Shown here piece by piece: positions 25,101-39,269 of a stretch of DNA of 64,000 nt; the stretch's first letter is position 1, and each line of letters starts with the position of its first letter. Source of the DNA: Eledone cirrhosa (taxonomy: Eukaryota); assembly GCA_964016885.1 (NCBI GenBank), contig OZ024744.1, positions 121,210,001-121,274,000 on the forward strand. The letters run 5' to 3'. Under the pieces are notes generated by a model, which was not told the origin of the DNA, did not search any database, and saw only the letters and a program-made list of their open reading frames with translations. A program made the position numbers and the translations under genes.

Positions 25101-28100
25101 AGTATGAAAGTGACTGGGTGAGAGGAATAGAGGTAGTGATGGATGTTGTGAAGAGAGATAGTGTGGGACGGTGGGTCATGTGTTGAGGAAGTATGAAAGT
25201 GACTGGGTGAGAGGAATCACAGGTAGTGATGGATGTTGTGAAGAGAGATATTGTGAGATGGTTGGGTCATGTGTTGAGGAAGGATAAAAGTGACTGGGTA
25301 AGAGGAATAGATGTAGTGATGGATGTCGTGAAGAGAGATAGTGTGAGATGGTTGGGTCATGGGTTAAGGAAGTATGAATGTGACTGGGTGAGAGGAATAT
25401 AGGTAGTTATGGATGTTGTGAAGCAAGATAGTGTGAGATGGTTGGGTCATGTGTTGAGGAAGGATAAAAGTGACTGGGTGAGAGGAATAGAGGTAGTGAT
25501 GGATGTTGTGAAGAGAGATAGTGTGAGATGGTTGGTTCATATGTTGAGGAAGGATAAATGTGAGTGGGTGAGAGGAATAGAGGTAGTGATAGATGTTGTG
25601 AAGAGAGATAGTGTGAGATGGTTGGGTCATGTGTTGAGGAAGTATGAAAGTGACTGGGTGAGAGGAATAGAGGTAGAGATGGATGTTGTGAAGAGAGATA
25701 GTGTGAGATGGTTGGGTCATGTGTTGAGGAAGTATGAAGGTGACTGGGTGAGCGAATAGAGGTAGTGATGGATGTTGTGAAGAGAGATATTGTGAGATGG
25801 TTGCGTCATGTGTTGAGGAGGGATAACATTGATTGGGTGAGAGGAATAGAGGTAGTGATGGATGTTGTGAAGAGAGATAGTGTGAGATGGTTGGGTCATG
25901 TGTTAGGGAAGATTAAAAGTGACTGGGTGAGTGGAATAGAGGTAGTGATGGATGTTGTGAAGAGAGATATGTGGGACGGTTGGGTCATGTGTTGAGGAAG
26001 TATGAAAGTGACTGGGTGAGAGGAATCAGAGGTAGTGATGGATGTTGTGAAGAGAGATAGTGTGAGATGGTTGGGTCATGTGTTGATGAAGGATAAAAGT
26101 GACTGGGTGAGAGAAATAGAGGTAGAGATTGATGTTGTGAAGAGAGATAGTGTGAGATGGTTGGGTCATGTGTTGAGGAAGTATGAAAGTGACTGGGTGA
26201 GAGGAATAGAGGTAGTGATAGATGTTGTGAAGACAGATAGTGTGAGATGGTTGGGTCATGTGTTGAGGAAGGATAAAAGTGACTGGGTGAGAGAAATAGA
26301 GGTAGAGATTGATGTTGTGAAGAGAGATAGTGTGAGATGGTTGGGTCATGTGTTGAGGAAGTATGAAAGTGACTGGGGTGAGAGGAGTAGAGGTAGTGAT
26401 GGATGTTGTGAAGAGAGATAGTGTGAGATGGTTGGGTCATGTGTTGAGGAAGTATGAAAGTGACTGGGTGAGAGGAATAGAGGTAGTGATGGATGTTGTG
26501 AAGAGAGATAGTGTGAGATGTTTGGGTCATATGTTGAGGAAGGATAAAAGTGACTGGGTGAGAGGAATAGGGGTAGTGATGGATGTTGTGAAGAGAGATA
26601 GTGTGAGATGGTTGGGTCATGTGCTGAGGAAGTATGAAAGTCACTGGGTGAGAGGAATAGAAGTAGTGATGGATGTTGTGAAGAGAGATAGTGTGAGATG
26701 GTTGGGTCATGTGTTGAGGAAGGATAAAAGTCAGTGGGTGAGAGGAATAGAGGTTGTGATGGATGTTGTGAAGAGAGATAGTGTGAGATGGTTGGGTCAT
26801 GTGTTGAGGAAGGATAAAAGTGACTGGGTGAGAGGAATAGAGGTAGTGATGGATGTTGTGAAGAGAGATAGTATGAGATGGTTGGGTCATGTGTTGAGGT
26901 GGGATAAAAGTAACTGGGTGAGAGCAATATAGGTAGTGATGGATGTTGTGAGGAGAGATAGTGTGAGATGGTTGGGTCATGTGTTGAGGAAGTATGAAAG
27001 TGACTGGGTGAGAGGAATAGAGGTAGTGATGGATGTTGTGAAGAGAGATAGTGTGGGACGGTGGGTCATGTGTTGAGGAAGTATGAAAGTGACTGGGTGA
27101 GAGGAATCACAGGTAGTGATGGATGTTGTGAAGAGAGATAGTGTGAGATGGTTGGGTCATGTGTTGAGGAAGGATAAAAGTGAGTGGGTGAAAGGAATAG
27201 AGGTAGTGATGGATGTTGTGAAGAGAGATAGTGTGGGACGGTTGGGTCATGTGTTGAGGAAGTATGAAAGTGACTGGGTGAGAGGAATCAGAGGTAGTGA
27301 TGGATGTTGTGAAGAGAGATAGTGTGAGATGGTTGGGTCATGTGTTGAGGAAGGATAAAAGTTACTGGGTGAGAGGAATAGAGGTAGTGATGGATGTTGT
27401 GAAGAGAGATAGTGTGAGATGGTTGGGTCATGTGTTGAGAAAGGATAAAAGTGACTGGGTGAGAGGAATAGAGGTAGTGATGGATGTTGTGAAGAGAGAT
27501 AGTGTGAGATGGTTGGGTCATGTGTTGAGGAAGGATAAAAGTGAGTGGGTGAGAGGAATAGAGGTAGTGATGGATGTTGTGAAGAGAGATAGTGTGAGAT
27601 GGTTGGGTCATGTGTTGAGGAAGGTTGAATGTGAATGGGTGAGAGGAACAGAGGGAGTTATAGATGTTGCGAAGAGAGATAGTGTGAGATGGTTGGGTCA
27701 TGTGTTGAGGAAGGATAAAATGACTGGGTGAGAGGAATAGAGGTAGAGATGGATGTTGTGAAGAGAGATAGAGTGAGATGGTTGGGTCATGTGTTGAGGA
27801 AGTATGAAAGTGACTGGGTGAGAAGAATAGAGGTAGAGATGGATGTTGTGAAGAGAGATAGAGTGAGATGGTTGGGTCATGTGTTGAGGAGGGATAAAAT
27901 TGATTGGGTGAGAGGAATAGAGGTAGTGATGGATGTTGTGAAGAGAGGTAGTGTGAGATGGTTGGGTCATGTGTGAGGAGGGATAAAATTGATTGGGTGA
28001 GAAGAATAGAGGTAGTGATGGATGTTGTGAAGAGAGATAGTGTGAGATGGTTGGGTCATGTGTTGAGGAAGGATAAAAGTGAGTGGGTGAGAGGAATATA

Positions 28101-31100
28101 GGTAGTGATGGATGTTGTGAAGAGAGATAGAGTGAGATGGTTGGGTCATGTGTTGAGGAAGGTTGAATGTGAATGGGTGAGAGGAACAGAGGTAGTGATG
28201 GATGTTGCGAAGAGAGATAGTGTGAGATGGTTGGGTCATGTGTTGAGGAAGGATAAAAGTGACTGGGTGAGAGGAATAGAGGTAGTGATGGATGTTGCGA
28301 AGAGAGATAGTGTGAGATGGTTGGGTCATGTGTTGAGGAAGTATGAAAGCGACTGGGTGAGAGGAATAGAGGTAGTGATAGATGTTGTGAAGACAGATTG
28401 TGTGAGATGGTTGGGTCATGTGTTGAGGAAGGATAAAAGTAACTGGGTGAGAGGAATAGAGGTAGAGATGGATGTTGTGAAGAGAGATAGTGTGAGATGG
28501 TTGGGTCATGTGTTGAGGAAGTATGAAAGTGACTGGGTGAGAGGAATAGAGGTAGTGATGGATGTTGTGAAGAGAGATAGTGTGAGATGGTTGGGTCATA
28601 TGTTGAGGAAGGATAAAAGTGACTGGGTGAGAGGAATAGCGGTAGTGATGGATGTTGTGAAGAGAGATAGTGTGAGATGGTTGGGTCATCTGTTGAGAAA
28701 GGATTAAAGTGACTGGGTGAGAGGAATAGAGGTAGTGATGGATGTTGTGAAGAGAGATAGTGTGAGATGGTTGGGTCATGTGTTGAGGAAGGATAAAAGT
28801 CAGTGGGTGAGAGGAATAGAGGTTGTGATGGATGTTGTGAAGAGAGATAGTGTGAGATGGTTGGGTCATGTGTTGAGGAAGGATAAAAGTGACTGGGTGA
28901 GAGGAATAGAGGTAGTGATGGATGTTATGAAGAGAGATAGTATGAGATGGTTGGGTCATGTGTTGAGGTGGGATAAAAGTGACTGGGTGAGAGCAATATA
29001 GGTAGTGATGGATGTTGTGAGGAGAGATAGTGTGAGATGGTTGGGTCATGTGTTGAGGAAGTATGAAAGTGACTGGGTGAGAGGAATAGAGGTAGTGATG
29101 GATGTTGTGAAGAGAGATAGTGTGGGACGGTGGGTCATGTGTTGAGGAAGTATGAAAGTGACTGGGTGAGAGGAATCACAGGTAGTGATGGATGTTCTGG
29201 AGAGAGATAGTGTGAGATGTTTGGGTCATGTGTTGAGGAAGGATTAAAGTGACTGGGTGAGAGGAATAGAGGTAGTGATGAATGTTGTGAAGAGAGATAG
29301 TGTGAGATGGTTGGGTCATGTGTTGAGGAAGAATAAAAGTGACTGGGTGAGAGGAATAGTGGTAGTGATGGATGTTGTAAAGGGAGATAGTGTGAGATGG
29401 TTGGGTCATGTGTTGAGAAAGGATAAAAGTGACTGGGTGAGAGGAATAGAGGTAGTGATGGATGTTGTGAAGAGAGATAGTGTGAGATGGTTGGGTCATG
29501 TGTTGAGGAAGGATAAAAGTCAGTGGGTGAGAGGAATAGAGGTTGTGATGGATGTTGTGAAGAGAGATAGTGTGAGATGGTTGGGTCATGTGTTGAGGAA
29601 GGATAAAAGTGACTGGGTGAGAGGAATAGAGGTAGTGATGTATGTTGTGAAGAGAGATAGTATGAGATGGTTGGGTCATGTGTTGAGGTGGGATAAAAGT
29701 AACTGGGTGAGAGCAATATAGGTAGTGATGGATGTTGTGAGGAGAGATAGTGTGAGATGGTTGGGTCATGTGTTGAGGAAGTATGAAAGTGACTGGGTGA
29801 GAGGAATAGAGGTAGTGATGGATGTTGTGAAGAGAGATAGTGTGGGACGGTGGGTCATCTGTTGAGGAAGGTTAAAAGTGACTGGGTGAGTGGAATAGAG
29901 GTAGTGATGGATGTTGTGAAGAGAGATAGTGTGGGTCGGTTGGGTCATGTGTTGAGGAAGTATGAAAGTGACTGGGTGAGAGGAATCAGAGGTAGTGATG
30001 GATGTTGTGAAGAGAGATAGTGTGAGATGGTTGGGTCATGTGTTGAGGAAGGATAAAAGTTACTGGGTGAGAGGAATAGAGGTAGTGATGGATGTTGTGA
30101 AGAGAGATAGTGTGAGATGGTTGGGTCATGTGTTGAGAAAGGATAAAAGTGACTGGGTGAGAGGAATAGAGGTAGTGATGGATGTTGTGAAGAGAGATAG
30201 TGTGAGATGGTTGGGTCATGTGTTGAGGAAGGATAAAAGTGAGTGGGTGAGAGGAATAGAGGTAGTGATGGATGTTGTGAAGAGAGATAGAGTGAGATGG
30301 TTGGGTCATGTGTTGAGGAAGTATGAAAGTGACTGGGTGAGAGGAATAGAGGTAGAGATGGATGTTGTGAAGAGAGATAGAGTGAGAAGGTTGGGTCATG
30401 TGTTGTGGAGGGATAAAATTGATTGGGTGAGAGGAATAGAGGTAGTGATGGATGTTGTGAAGAGAGATAGTGTGAGATGGTTGGGTCATGTGTTGAGGAA
30501 GGATAAAAGTGACTGGGTGAGAGGAATAGTGGTAGTGATGGATGTTGTAAAGAGAGATAGTGTGAGATGGTTGGGTCATGTGTTGAGGAAGTATGAAAGT
30601 GACTGGGTGAGAGGAATAGAGGTAGTGATAGATGTTGTGAAGAGAGATAGTGTGAGATGGTTGAGTCATGTGTTGAGGAAGTATGAAAGTGACTGGGTGA
30701 GCGAATAGAGGTAGTGATGGATGTTGTGAAGAGAGATAGTGTGAGATGGTTGGGTCATGTGTTGAGAAAGGATTAAAATGACTGGGTGAGAGGAATTGAG
30801 GTAGTGATGGATGTTGTGAAGAGAGATAGTGTGAGATGGTTGGTTCATGTGTTGAGGAAGGATAAAAGTGACTGGGTGAGAGGAATAGAGGTAGTGATGG
30901 ATGTTGTGAAGAGAGATAGTGTGGGACGGTTGGGTCATGTGTTGAGGAAGTATGAAAGTGACTGGGTGAGAGGAATCAGAGGTAGTGATGGATGTTGTGA
31001 AGAGAGATAGTGTGAGATGGTTGGGTCATGTGTTGAGGAAGGATAAAAGTGACTGGGTGAGAGGAATAGAGGTAGTGATGGATGTTGTGAAGAGAGATAG

Positions 31101-34100
31101 TGTGAGATGGTTGGGTCATGTGTTGAGTAAGGATAAAATTGACTTGGTGAGAGGAATAGAGGTAGTGACGGATGTTGTGAAGAGAGATAGTGTGAGATGG
31201 TTGGGTCATGTGTTGAGGAAGGATAAAGGTGACTGGGTGAGAGGAATAGAGGTAGTGATGGATGTTGTGAAGAGAGATAGTGTGAGATGGTTGGGTCATG
31301 TGTTGAGGAAGGATAAAAGTGAGTGGGTGAGAGGAATAGAGGTAGTGATGGATGTTGTGAAGAGAGATAGTGTGAGATGGTTGGGTCATGTGTTGTGGAA
31401 GGATAAAAGTGAGTGGGTGAGAGGAATAGAGGTAGTGATGGATGTTGTGAAGAGAGATAGTGTGAGCTGGTGGAGTCATGTGTTGAGGAAGGTTGAATGT
31501 GAATGGGTGAGAGGAACAGAGGTAGTGATGGATGTTGCGAAGAGAGATAGTGTGAGATGGTTTGGGTCATGTCTTGAGGAAGGATAAAAGTGACTGTGTG
31601 AGAGGAATAGAGGTTTTGATGGATGTTGTGAAGAGAGATAGTGTGAGATGGTTTGGTCATGTGTTGAGGAAGGATAAAAGTGACTGGGTGAGAGGAATAG
31701 AGGTAGTGATGGATGTTGCGAAGAGAGATAGTGTGAGATGGTTGGGTCATGTGTTGAGGAAGGATAAAAGTGACTGGGTGAGAGGAATAGAGGTTGTGAT
31801 GGATGTTGTGAAGAGAGATAGTATGAGATGGTTGAGTCATGTGTTGAGGAAGTATGAAAGTGACTGGGTGAGAGGAATAGAGGTAGTGATAGATGTTGTG
31901 AAGACAGATAGTGTGAGATGGTTGGGTCATGTGTTGAGGAAGGATAAAAGTGACTGGGTGAGAGGAATAGAGGTGGAGATGGATGTTGTGAAGAGAGATA
32001 GTGTGAGATGGTTGGGTCATGTGTTGAGGAAGTATGAAAGTGACTGGGTGAGAGGAATAGAGGTAGTGATGGATGTTGTGAAGAGAGATAGTGTGAGATG
32101 GTTGGGTCATGTGTTGAGGAAGGATAAAAGTGACTGGGTGAGAGTAATAGAGGTAGTGATGGATGTTGTGAAGAGAGATAGTGTGAGATGGTTGGGTCAT
32201 GTGTTGAGAAAGGATTAAAGTGACTGGGTGAGAGGAATAGAGGTAGTGATGGATGTTGTGAAGAGAGATAGTGTGAGATGGTTGGGTCATGTGTTGAGAA
32301 AGGATTAAAGTGACTGGGTGAGAGGAATAGAGGTAGGGATGGATGTTGTGAAGAGAGATAGTGTGAGTTGGTTGGGTCATGTGTTGAGGAAGGATAAAAG
32401 TTACTTGTTGAGAGGAATAGAGGTAGTGATGGATGTTGTGAAGAGAGATAGTGTGAGATGGTTGGGTCATGTGTTGAGAAAGGATAAAAGTGACTGGGTG
32501 AGAGGAATAGAGGTAGTGATGGATGTTGTGAAGAGAGATAGTGTGAGATGGTTGGGTCATGTGTTGAGGAAGGATAAAAGTGAGTGGGTGAGAGGAATAG
32601 AGGTAGTGATGGATGTTGTGAAGAGAGATAGTGTGAGATGGTTGGGTCATGTGTTGAGGAAGGTTGAATGTGAATGGGTGAGAGGAACAGAGGTAGTTAT
32701 GGATGTTGCGAAGAGAGATAGTGTGAGATGGTTGGGTCATGTGTTGAGGAAGGATAAAATGACTGGGTGAGAGGAATAGAGGTAGAGATAGATGTTGTGA
32801 AGAGAGATAGAGTGAGATGGTTGGGTCATGTGTTGAGGAAGTATGAAATTGACTGGGTGAGAGGAATAGAGGTAGAGATGGATGTTGTGAAGAGAGATAG
32901 AGTGAGATGGTTGGGTCATGTGTTGAGGAGGGATAAAATTGATTGGGTGAGAGGAATAGAGGTAGTGATGGATGTTGTGAAGAGAGGTAGTGTGAGATGG
33001 TTGGATCATGTGTGAGGAGGGATAAAATTGATTGGGTGAGAAAAATAGAGGTAGTGATGGATGTTGTGAAGAGAGATAGTGTGAGATGGTTGGGTCATGT
33101 GTTGAGGAAGGATAAAAGTGAGTGGGTGAGAGGAATAGAGGTAGTGATGGATGTTGTGAAGAGAGATAGAGTGAGATGGTTGGGTCATGTGTTGAGGAAG
33201 GTTGAATGTGAATGGGTGAGAGGAACAGAGGTAGTGATGGATGTTGCGAAGAGAGATAGTGTGAGATGGTTGGGTCATGTGTTGAGGAAGGATAAAAGTG
33301 ACTGGGTGAGAGGAATAGAGGTAGTGATCGATGTTGCGCAGAGAGATAGTGTGAGATGGTTGGGTCATGTGTTGAGGAAGTATGAAAGCGACTGGGTGAG
33401 AGGAATAGAGGTAGTGATAGATGTTGTGAAGACAGATTGTGTGAGATGGTTGGGTCATGTGTTGAGGAAGGATAAAAGTAACTGGGTGAGAGGAATAGAG
33501 GTAGAGATGGATGTTGTGAAGAGAGATAGTGTGAGATGGTTGGGTCATGTGTTGAGGAAGTATGAAAGTGACTGGCTGAGAGGAATAGAGGTAGTGATGG
33601 ATGTTGTGAAGAGAGATAGTGTGAGATGGTTGGGTCATGTGTTGAGGAAGGATAAAAGTGACTGGGTGAGAGGAATAGTGGTAGTGATGGATGTTGTAAA
33701 GAGAGATAGTGTGAGATGGTTGGGTCATGTGTTGAGGAAATATGAAAGTGACTGGGTGAGAGGAATAGAGGTAGTGATAGATGTTGTGAAGAGAGATAGT
33801 GTGAGATGGTTGAGTCATGTGTTGAGGAAGTATGAAAGTGACTGGGTGAGCGAATAGAGGTAGTGATGGATGTTGTGAAGAGAGATAGTGTGAGATGGTT
33901 GTGTCATGTGTTGAGGAGGGATAAAATTGATTGGGTGAGAGGAATAGAGGTAGTGATGGATGTTGTGAAGAGAGATAGTGTGAGATGGTTGGGTCATGTG
34001 TTGAGAAAGGATTAAAGTGACTGGGTGAGAGGAATTGAGGTAGTGATGGATGTTGTGAAGAGAGATAGTGTGGGACGGTTGGGTCATGTGTTGAGGAAGT

Positions 34101-37100
34101 ATGAAAGTGACTGGGTGAGAGGAATCAGAGGTAGTGATGGATGTTGTGAAGAGAGATAGTGTGAGATGGTTGGGTCATGTGTTGAGGAAGGATAAAAGTG
34201 AGTGGGTGAGAGGAATAGAGGTAGTGATGGATGTTGTGAAGAGAGATAGTGTGAGATGGTTGGGTCATGTGTTGAGGAAGGATAAAAGTGAGTGGGTGAG
34301 AGGAATAGAGGTAGTGATGGATGTTGTGAAGAGAGATAGTGTGAGATGGTTGGGTCATGTGTTGAGGAAGGTTGAATGTGAATGGGTGAGAGGAACAGAG
34401 GTTTTGATGGATGTTGTGAAGAGAGATAGTGTGAGATGGTTGGGTCATGTGTTGAGGAAGGATAAAAGTGACTGGGTGAGAGGAATAGAGGTAGTGATGG
34501 ATGTTGTGAAGAGAGATAGTGTGAGATGGTTGGGTCATGTGTTGAGGAAGGATAAAAGTGAGTGGGTGAGAGGAATCAGAGGTAGTGATGGATTTTGCGA
34601 AGAGAGATAGTGTGAGATGGTTTGGGTCATGTCTTGAGGAAGGATAATAGTGACTGTGTGAGAGGAATAGAGGTTTTGATGGATGTTGTGAAGAGAGATA
34701 GTGTGAGATGGTTGGGTCATGTGTTGAGGAAGGATAAAAGTGACTGGGTGAGAGGAATAGAGGTAGTGATGGATGTTGCGAAGAGAGATAGTGTGAGATG
34801 GTTGGGTCATGTGTTGAGGAAGGATAAAAGTGACTGGGTGAGAGGAATAGAGGTTTTGATGGATGTTGTGAAGAGAGATAGTGTGAGATGGTTAGCTCAT
34901 GTGTTGAGGAAGGATAAAAGTGACTGGGTGAGAGGAATAGAGGTTGTGATGGATGTTGTGAAGAGAGATAGTATGAGATGGTTGAGTCATGTGTTGAGGA
35001 AGTATGAAAGTGACTGGGTGAGAGGAATAGAGGTAGTGATAGATGTTGTGAAGACAGATAGTGTGAGATGGTTGGGTCATGTGTTGAGGAAGGATAAAAG
35101 TGACTGGGTGAGAGGAATAGAGGTGGAGATGGATGTTGTGAAGAGAGATAGTGTGAGATGGTTGGGTCATGTGTTGAGGAAGTATGAAAGTGACTGGGTG
35201 AGAGGAATAGAGGTAGTGATGGATGTTGTGAAGAGAGATAGTGTGAGATGGTTGGGTCATGTGTTGAGGAAGGATAAAAGTGACTGGGTGAGAGGAATAG
35301 TGGTAGTGATGGATGTTGTGAAGAGAGATAGTGTGAGATGGTTGGGTCATGTGTTGAGAAAGGATTAAAGTGACTGGGTGAGAGGAATAGAGGTAGTGAT
35401 GGATGTTGTGAAGAGAGATAGTGTGAGATGGTTGGGTCATGTGTTGAGAAAGGATTAAAGTGACTGGGTGAGAGGAATAGAGGTAGGGATGGATGTTGTG
35501 AAGAGAGATAGTGTGAGTTGGTTGGGTCATGTGTTGAGGAAGGATAAAAGTGACTGGGTGAGAGGAACAGAGGTAGTGATGGATGTTGTGAAGAGAGATA
35601 GTGTGAGATGGTTGGGTCATGTGTTGAGGAAGGATAAAAGTGACTGGGTGAGAGGAATAGTGGCAGTGATGGATGTTGTAAAGGGAGATAGTGTGAGATG
35701 ATTGGGTCATGTGTTGAGGAAGTATGAAAGTGACTGGGTGAGAGGAATAGAGGTAGAGATGGATGTTGTGAAGAGAGATAGAGTGAGATGGTTGGGTCAT
35801 GTATTGAGGAAGTATGAAAGTGACTGGGTGAGGGAATAGAGGTAGTGATGGATGTTGTGAAGAGAGATAGTGTGAGATGTTTGGGTCATGTGTTGAGGAA
35901 GGTTAAAAGTGACTGGGTGAGTGGAATAGAGGTAGTGATGGATGTTGTGAAGAGAGATAGCGTGGGACGGTTGGGTCATGTGTTGAGGAAGTATGAAAGT
36001 GACTGGGTGAGAGGAATCAGAGGTAGTGATGGATGTTGTGAAGAGAGATAGTGTGAGATGGTTGGGTCATGTGTTGAGGAAGGATAAAAGTTACTGGGTG
36101 AGAGGAATAGAGGTAGTGATGGATGTTGTGAAGAGAGATAGTGTGAGATGGTTGGTTCATGTGTTGAGAAAGGATAAAAGTGACTGGGTGAGAGGAATAG
36201 AGGTAGTGATGGATGTTGTGAAGAGAGATAGTGTGAGATGGTTGGGTCATGTGTTGAGGAAGGATAAAAGTGAGTGGGTGAGAGGAATAGAGGTAGTGAT
36301 GGATGTTGTGAAGAGAGATAGTGTGAGATGGTTGAGTCATGTGTTGAGGAAGGTTGAATGTGAATGGGTGAGAGGAACAGAGGTAGTTATGGATGTTGCG
36401 AAGAGAGATAGTGTGAGATGGTTGGGTCATGTGTTGAGGAAGAATAAAATGACTGTGTGAGAGGAATAGAGGTTTTGATGGATGTTGTGAAGAGAGATAG
36501 TGTGAGATGGTTGGGTCATGTGTTGAGGAAGTATGAAAGTGACTGGGTGAGAGGAATAGAGGTAGAGATGGATGTTGTGAAGAGAGATAGAGTGAGATGG
36601 TTGGGTCATGTGTTGAGGAAGTATGAAAGTGACTGGGTGAGGGAATAGAGGTAGTGATGGATGTTGTGAAGAGAGGTAGTGTGAGATGGTTGTGTTATGT
36701 GTTGAGGAGGGATAAAATTGATTGGGTGAGAGGAATAGAGGTAGTGATGGATGTTGTGAAGAGAGATAGTGTGAGATGGTTGGGTCATGTGTTGAGGAAG
36801 GTTGAATGTGAATGGGTGAGAGGAACAGAGGTAGTGATGGATGTTGCGAAGAGAGATAGTGTGAGATGGTTGGGTCATGTGTTGAGGAAGGATAAAAGTG
36901 ACTGGGTGAGAGGAATAGAGGTAGTGATGGATGTTGTGAAGAGAGATAGTGTGAGATGGTTGGGTCATGTGTTGAGGAAGGATAAAAGTGACTGGGTGAG
37001 AGGAATAGTGGTAGTGATGGATGTTGTAAAGGGAGATAGTGTGAGATGGTTGGGTCATGTGTTGAGGAAGTATGAAAGTGACTGGGTGAGAGGAATAGAG

Positions 37101-39269
37101 GTAGAGATGAATGTTGTGAAGAGAGATAGTGTGAGATGGTTGAGTCATGTGTTGAGGAAGTATGAAAGTGACTGGGTGAGCGAATAGAGGTAGTGATGGA
37201 TGTTGTGAAGAGAGATAGTGTGAGATGGTTGGGTCATGTGTTGAGGAGGGATAAAATTGATTGGGTGAGAGGAATAGCGGTAGTGATGGATGTTGTGAAG
37301 AGAGATAGTGTGAGATGGTTGGGTCATCTGTTGAGAAAGGATTAAAGTGACTGGGTGAGAGGAATAGAGGTAGTGATGAATGTTGTGAAGAGAGATAGTG
37401 TGGGACGGTTGGGTCATGTGTTGAGGAAGTATGAAAGTGACTGGGTGAGAGGAATCAGAGGTAGTGATGGATGTTGTGAAGAGAGATAGTGTGAGATGGT
37501 TGGGTCATGTGTTGAGGAAGGATAAAAGTGACTGGGTGAGAGGAATAGAGGTAGTGATGGATGTTGTGAAGAGAGATAGTGTGAGATGGTTGGGTCATGT
37601 GTTGAGTAAGGATAAAAGTGACTGGGTGAGAGGAATAGATGTAGTGACGGATGTTGTGAAGCGAGATAGTGTGAGATGGTTGGGTCATGTGTTGAGGACG
37701 GAAAAAGGTGACTGGGTGAGAGGAATAGAGGTAGTGATGGATGTTGTGAAGAGAGATAGTGTGAGATGGTTGGGTCATGTGTTGAGGAAGGATAAAAGTG
37801 AGTGGGTGAGAGGAATAGAGGTAGTGATGGATGTTGTGAAGAGAGATAGTGTGAGATGGTTGGGTCATGTCTTGAGGAAGGATAAAAGTGACTGTGTGAG
37901 AGGAATAGAGGTTTTGATGGATGTTGTGAAGAGAGATAGTGTGAGATGGTTGGGTCATGTGTTGAGGAAGGATAAAAGTGACTGGGTGAGAGGAATAGAG
38001 GTAGTGATGGATGTTGCGAAGAGAGATAGTGTGAGATGGTTGGGACATGTGTTGAGGAAGGATAAAAGTGACTGGGTGAGAGGAATAGAGGTTTTGATGG
38101 ATGTAGTGAAGAGAGATAGTGTGAGATGGTTAGCTCATGTGTTGAGGAAGGATAAAAGTGACTGGGTGAGAGGAATAGAGGTTGTGATGGATGTTGTGAA
38201 GAGAGATAGAGTGAGATGGTTGGGTCATGTGTTGAGGAAGGTTGAATGTGAATGGGTGAGAGGAACAGAGGTAGTGATGGATGTTGCGAAGAGAGATAGT
38301 GTGAGATGGTTGGGTCATGTGTTGAGGAAGAATAAAATGACTGTGTGAGAGGAATAGAGGTTTTGATGGATGTTGTGAAGAGAGATAGTGTGAGATGGCT
38401 GGGTCATGTGTTGAGGAAGTATGAAAGTGACTGGGTGAGAGGAATAGAGGTAGAGATGGATGTTGTGAAGAGAGATAGAGTGAGATGGTTGGGTCATGTG
38501 TTGAGGAAGTATGAAAGTGACTGGGTGAGGGAATAGAGGTAGTGATGGATGTTGTGAAGAGAGGTAGTGTGAGATGGTTGTGTCATCTGTTGAGGAGGGA
38601 TAAAATTGATTGGGTGAGAGGAATAGATGTAGTTATGGATGTTGTGAAGAGAGATAGTGTGAGATGGTTGGGTCATGTGTTGAGGAAGGATAAAAGTGAG
38701 TGGGTGAGAGGAATAGAGGTAGTGATGGATGTTGTGAAGAGAGATAGAGTGAGATGGTTGGGTCATGTGTTGAGGAAGGTTGAATGTGAATGGGTGAGAG
38801 GAACAGAGGTAGTGATGGATGTTGCGAAGAGAGATAGTGTGAGATGGTTGGGTCATGTGTTGAGGAAGGATAAAAGTGACTGGGTGAGAGGAATAGAGGT
38901 AGTGATGGATGTTGTGAAGAGAGATAGTGTGAGATGGTTGGGTCATGTGTTGAGGAAGGATAAAAGTGACTGGGTGAGAGGAATAGTGGTAGTGATGGAT
39001 GTTGTAAAGGAAGATAGTGTGAGATGGTTGGGTCATGTGTTGAGGAAGTATGAAAGTGACTGGGTGAGAGGAATAGAGGTAGAGATGAATGTTGTGAAGA
39101 GAGATAGTGTGAGATGGTTGAGTCATGTGTTGAGGAAGTATGAAAGTGACTGGGTGAGCGAATAGAGGTAGTGATGGATGTTGTGAAGAGAGATAGTGTG
39201 AGATGGTTGGGTCATGTGTTGAGGAGGGATAAAATTGATTGGGTGAGAGGAATAGAGGTAGTGATGGAT

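Noticed and set aside
25903-25908. TTAGGG hexamer and general G/T-richness suggesting telomeric repeat
   Set aside because: It is an isolated hexamer created by substitutions in one monomer; there are no tandem telomeric repeats. A subtelomeric location cannot be judged from this window.
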